Shown here in pieces: positions 59,648 to 64,000 of a stretch of 64,000 bases of DNA. Position 1 is the stretch's first letter. Every line of letters starts with the position of its first letter. A model generated the notes under the pieces. The model saw only the letters and a list, made by a program, of their open reading frames with translations, did no database searches and was not told the DNA's origin. Location of the stretch: positions 496,001 through 560,000 of the forward strand of contig NW_026867476.1 of the NCBI RefSeq assembly GCF_020745735.1, read 5' to 3'. This DNA comes from Hemiscyllium ocellatum. Taxonomy: Eukaryota. The translations under genes and the position numbers were made by a program.

Positions 59648-62137
59648 GAGAGAGAGTAGCCAAGCAGGCTAAGATAAAAGGTAGGGAGGAGGGACTTGGG
59701 GGAGGGGCGATGGAGGTGGGATAGGTGGAAGGAGGTCAAGGTGAGGGTGATAGGCCGGAGTGGGGTGGGGGCGGAGAGGTCAGGAAGAGGATTGCAGGTT
59801 AGGAGGGCGGTGCTGAGTTGAGGGAACCGACTGAGACAAGGTGGGGGGAGGGGAAATGAGGAAACTGGAGAAATCTGAATTCATTCCTTGTGGTTGGAGG
59901 GTTCCCAGGCGGAAGATGAGGCGCTCCTCCTCCAGCCGTCGTGTTGTTATGTTCTGCCGGTGGAGGAGTCCAAGGACCTGCATGTCCTCGGTGGAGTGGG
60001 AGGGAGAGTTAAAGTGTTGAGCCACGGGGTGATTGGGTTGGTTGGTCCGGGCGGCCCGGAGGTGTTCTCTGAAGCGTTCTGCAAGTAAGCGGCCTGTCTC
60101 ACCAATATAGAGGAGGCCACATCGGGTGCAGCGGATGCAATAGATGATGTGTGTGGAGGTACAGGTGAACTTGTGGCGGATATGGAAGGATCCCTTGGGG
60201 CCTTGGAGGGAAGTGAGTGTGGAAGTGTGGGCGCAAGTTTTACATTTCCTGCGGTTGCAGGGGAAGGTGCCGGGGATGGAGGTTGGGTTGATGGGGGGTG
60301 TGGATCTGATGAGGGAGTCACGAAGGGAGTGGTCCTTGCGGAACGCTGATAGGGGAGGGGAGGGAAATATATCCTTGGTGGTGGGGTCCGTTTGGAGGTG
60401 GCGGAAATGGCGGCGGATGATACGTTGTATGCGGAGGTTGGTGAGGTGGTAGGTGAGAACCAGTGGGGTTCTGTCTTGGTGGCGGTTGGAGGAGCGGGCC
60501 TCAAGGGCGGAGGAGTGGGAAGTGGAGGAGATGCGGTGGAGGGCATCGTCGATCACGTCTGGGGGGAATCTGCGGTCCTTGAAGAAGGAGGCCATCTGGG
60601 CTGTGTTCCTCAAAATAAGACAGACCCTAGCGGCCAACAGAACCCACATATCCTACAAAGAGGCAGGCATAGCTGGGGCCCACGCGGGTGCCCATGGCAA
60701 CTCCTTTAGTTTGGAGGAAGTGGGAGGATTGAAAAGAGAAGTTATTCAGGGTGAGGACCAGTTCAGTCAGTCGAAGGAGGGTGTCAGTGGAAGGGTACGT
60801 AGGATATGTGGAACAGTCCATCTTCCGCAACTACAATGGCACCACCCCCCACCTTTTCCTCCGCTACATCGATGACTGTATCGGCGCTGCCTCGTGCTCC
60901 CACGAGGAGGTTGAACAGTTCATCAACTTTACTAACACCTTCCATCCCGACCTGAAATTCACCTGGACTGTCTCAGACTCCTCCCTCCCCTTCCTAGACC
61001 TTTCCATCTCTATCTCGGGCGACCGACTCAACACAGACATCTATTATAAACCGACTGACTCCCACAGCTACCTGGACTACACCTCCTCCCACCCTGCCCC
61101 CTGTAAAAACGCCATCCCATATTCCCAATTCCTTCATCTCCGCCGCATCTGCTCCCAGGAGGACCAGTTCCAACACCGCACAGCCCAGATGGCCTCCTTC
61201 TTCAAGGACCGCAGATTCCCCCCAGACGTGATCGACGATGCCCTCCACCGCATCTCCTCCACTTCCCGCTCCTCCGCCCTTGAGCCCCGCTCCTCCAACC
61301 GCCACCAAGACAGAACCCCACTGGTTCTCACCTACCACCCCACCAACCTCCGCATACAACGTATCATCCGCCGCCATTTCCGCCACCTCCAAACGGACCC
61401 CACCACCAAGGATATATTTCCCTCCCCTCCCCTATCAGCGTTCCGCAAGGACCACTCCCTTCGTGACTCCCTCGTCAGATCCACACCCCCCACCAACCCA
61501 ACCTCCACCCCCGGCACCTTCCCCTGCAACTGCAGGAAATGTAAAACTTGCGCCCACACCTCCATACTCACTTCCCTCCAAGGCCCCAAGGGATCCTTCC
61601 ATATCCGCCACAAGTTCACCTGTACCTCCACACACATCATCTATTGCATCCGCTGCACCCGATGTGGCCTCCTCTATATTGGTGAGACAGGCCGCTTACT
61701 TGCGGAACGCTTCAGAGAACACCTCCGGGCCGCCCGGAACAACCAACCCAATCACCCCGTGGCTCAACACTTTAACTCTCCCTCCCACTCCACCGAGGAC
61801 ATGCAGGTCCTTGGACTCCTCCACCGGCAGAACATAACAACACGACGGCTGGAGGAGGAGCGCCTCATCTTCCGCCTGGGAACCCTCCAACCACAAGGTA
61901 TGAATTCAGATTTCTCCAGTTTCCTCATTTCCCCTCCCCCCACCTTGTCTCAGTCGGTTCCCTCAACTCAGCACCGCCCTCCTAACCTGCAATCCTCTTC
62001 CTGACCTCTCCGCCCCCCACCCCACTCCGGCCTATCACCCTCACCTTGACCTCCTTCCACCTATCCCACCTCCATCGCCCCTCCCCCAAGTCCCTCCTCC
62101 CTACCTTTTATCTTAGTCTGCTTAGCTACTCTCTCTC

Positions 62138-62173
62138 ATTCCTGATGAAGGGCTTATGCTCGAAACGTCGAAT
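62138..62173 (+). ncRNA. Minimal type I hammerhead ribozyme motif in Penelope terminus
   Basis: AUUC (62138-41) CUGAUGA (62142-48) A GGGC UUAU GCUC GAAA C GUC (62167-69) GAAU; helix I 4 bp, helix II 4 bp, palindromic ACGU helix III. Confidence 0.72.
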
Positions 62174-62959
62174 TCTCTATTCCTGAGATGCTGCCTGGCC
62201 TGCTGTGCTTTGACCAGCAACACATTTGCAGCTGTGTTAGGAGGCTGTCTAGTCAGAAGCACAAACACATGTTTCTGTGGCCAGCAGCAAAAAATAAAAA
62301 TGGTATGTTACATGCCTGGTGCCAGGATCAAGGATGTCTCAGAAAAGGTGCAGAATGATCTCAAAGAGGAGAGGGACCAGCAGGAGGTTATTGACTTTGT
62401 GCGTGGGAAATCATGTCTCACTGATTTGACTAAGTTTTCTTACGAAGTAACAAAGAGGATTGATGAGGACAGAGCAGTGGATGCGATCCATAGGACTTCA
62501 GTAAGGCGTTCGACAAGGTTCCCCATGGGAGACTGGTTAGCAAGGTTAGATCTCATGGAATACAGGGAGAACTAGCCATTTGGATACAGAACTGGCTCAA
62601 AGGTAGAACACAGAGGGTGATGGTGGAAGGTTGCTTTTCAGACTGGAGGCCTGTGACCAGTGGAATGCCACCAGGATTGGTGCTGGGTCCATTACTTTTC
62701 GTCATTTATATAAATGATTTGGTACGAACATAGAAGGTATAGTTAGTAAGTTTGCAGATGATACCAAAATTGTAGATATAGTGGATAGCATTGAAGGTTA
62801 CCTCGGATTACAACAGGGAAAGTGGATGAGGCTTGAGTCAATGTCTGCACAGTCAAAGCACAAAAAGAGTGCAGTGTTTATAATAAAAAAAAATTGGACT
62901 CAAAATGTCAATTCTGTTCCTCTCTCTCCACAGGTACTGCGACACTTGAGTTTCTCCAT

Positions 62960-63520
62960 CACTGTCACAGTCATGCAGCACAGAAACAGACCTTATGGTC
63001 CAACCAGTCCATGGCGACCATAATTCCAAACTAAAGTAGCCCCATCTGCCTGCGTTTGGTCCATACCCTTACAAACCTTGCCTATTCATGCACTTACCCA
63101 AATGTCTTTTAAATGTTGTAACTGTACCCACATCCACCGCTTCCTCTGGAGGTTCAATGCACATGCGAACTAATCTCTGTGTAAAAAGACTTTCCCTCAT
63201 GTCTTTTTTAAAATTTTGCCCTTTTCACCTTAACAATGTGCCCCTGGGTCTTGAAATCCCTCGCCTAGAGAAAAGACACCTGCCATTCACTGTGTCACCC
63301 TGCCATTCACCCCTCACGATTTTATGAACCTCTAAGTTCACCGCTCAACTGTGAAAAAAGGCCCAGCCTCTCCTTGTAACTCGAGCCTTCCATTCCTGGC
63401 CACATTCTGGCAAAGTTTTTCTGAATACTCTCCAACTTAATAATATCCTTCCTATAACAGGGCAACCAGAACTGGACACAGTACTCCAGAAGAGGCCTCA
63501 CCACACAAGGAGATGAAGGT
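62960..63520 (-). mobile_element. CR1 LINE 3' fragment
   Basis: ORF 63322-63636 (VVRPLLEYCVQFWLPCYRKDIIKLESIQK) and tail cagcacagaaacagacc. Confidence 0.85.
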
Positions 63521-63564
63521 CCAGTGATATTATCGCTCAGCTGTTGATCCATAGTGGAGGAAGT

Positions 63565-63872
63565 GAGGACTGCGGATGCTGGAAATCGGAGCCGAAGAGT
63601 GTAATGTTGGAAAAGCACAGCCCAGTCAGGCAGCATCCGAGGAGCAGGAGAATCGATGTTCCGAGCATAAGCCCTTCATCAGGGCTTCACCTTTATCCCC
63701 ACCTTCATCTACCAATCGCATTCCCAGTTACCTTACCCCACTCCCATTTAACTCCCAGCCCCCTTGGGCCACAAGCCTCCTTCCTGATGAAGGGCTTATT
63801 CTCGAAACGTCGATTCTCCTGCTCCTTGGATGCTGTCTAATCGTTGTGCTTTTCCAGCACCACACTCTTCAA
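63565..63872. mobile_element. Short Penelope-terminus inverted-repeat element with hammerhead-like core at ~63780-63815
   Basis: ttggaaaagcacagc...gcagcatccgaggagcaggagaatcga arm versus cctgatgaagggcttattctcgaaacgtcgattctcctgctcc...ttttccagcacc arm. Confidence 0.75.
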
Positions 63873-64000
63873 TGTTAATCCAGAGATCCAGATAACGTTC
63901 TAGGGACCTGGGTTCGAATCCCACCATGGCAGATGGTGGAATTTGAATTCAATAATTATCTGAAATTAATTAGATTAGATTAGATTACTTACAGTGTGGA
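63873..64000. mobile_element. SINE fragment (63873-63960, +) and HE1 3' tail (63968-64000, -) running off the window
   Basis: gggacctgggttcgaatcccaccatggcagatggtggaatttgaattcaat; tagattagattagattacttacagtgtgga. Confidence 0.7.

Larger units (their letters stand above)
59520..62232. mobile_element. Near-palindromic Penelope-like insertion: minus arm 59520-60605, inverted 5' piece 60644-60798, plus arm 60799-62232
   Basis: ORFs 59780-60649(-) and 60751-62004(+) encode RT (LRYIDD) and GIY-YIG endonuclease (IIYCIRCTRCGLLYIGETGR...RFREH). The 14-bp direct repeat tgtgttaggaggct is at 59506-59519 and 62233-62246. Confidence 0.92.
58880..62820 (+). mobile_element. Degenerate CR1 LINE (5' region, ORF1 Zn-knuckle/esterase, deleted ORF2) hosting the Penelope palindrome
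   Basis: ORF1-like sequence at 59080-59500 continues after 62246 (CFCGQQQKIKMVCYMPGARIKDVSEKVQ), joined directly to RT (RGKSCLTDL). Confidence 0.8.

Noticed and set aside
20340-64000. Search for TCR D-delta, J-delta or constant-region exons downstream of the supporting V
   Set aside because: No FGxG J with a 12-RSS or C1-set exon recognised by eye; absence is not proven without a homology search.

Overview
Eukaryotic, TE-rich window from an elasmobranch (shark) genome, inferred from HE1-type SINEs, HER1/CR1-type LINEs and a NAR-type V segment. The centrepiece is an apparently intact germline NAR-TCR cassette on the + strand: leader 15865-15910, IgNAR-like V 16059-16345 with a 22-bp-spacer RSS, one D flanked by 12/12 RSSs (16714-16729), a 23-RSS J (17110-17159), and a leaderless supporting TCR-delta V (19741-20046) with a perfect 23-RSS. 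NAR-TCR as a system is already known in sharks. The least explained feature is just after the supporting V: a second heptamer nested in its RSS and about five degenerate ~60-bp repeats that look derived from the RSS (20057-20337). Two inverted, paralogous TCR alpha/delta-type V segments with defective leaders flank the cassette (about 4.6-5.1 kb and 33.0-33.4 kb), and there is a possible V relic at 7.3 kb. These are interleaved with two C2H2 zinc-finger genes with open 8-finger ORFs, two ZNF pseudogenes and a GPR139/142-like GPCR pseudogene. Mobile elements include a Gmr1-like Gypsy remnant (integrase upstream of RT), many CR1 and HE1 copies, a Tx1 fragment, and Penelope-like elements. One Penelope insertion (59520-62232) is a near-palindrome with a 14-bp target-site duplication, an internal 5' inversion and two minimal hammerhead-ribozyme motifs. 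I recognised no TCR D-delta/J-delta or constant exon. Coordinates were counted by hand; TE boundaries are approximate and family names come from motif recognition, not database searches.
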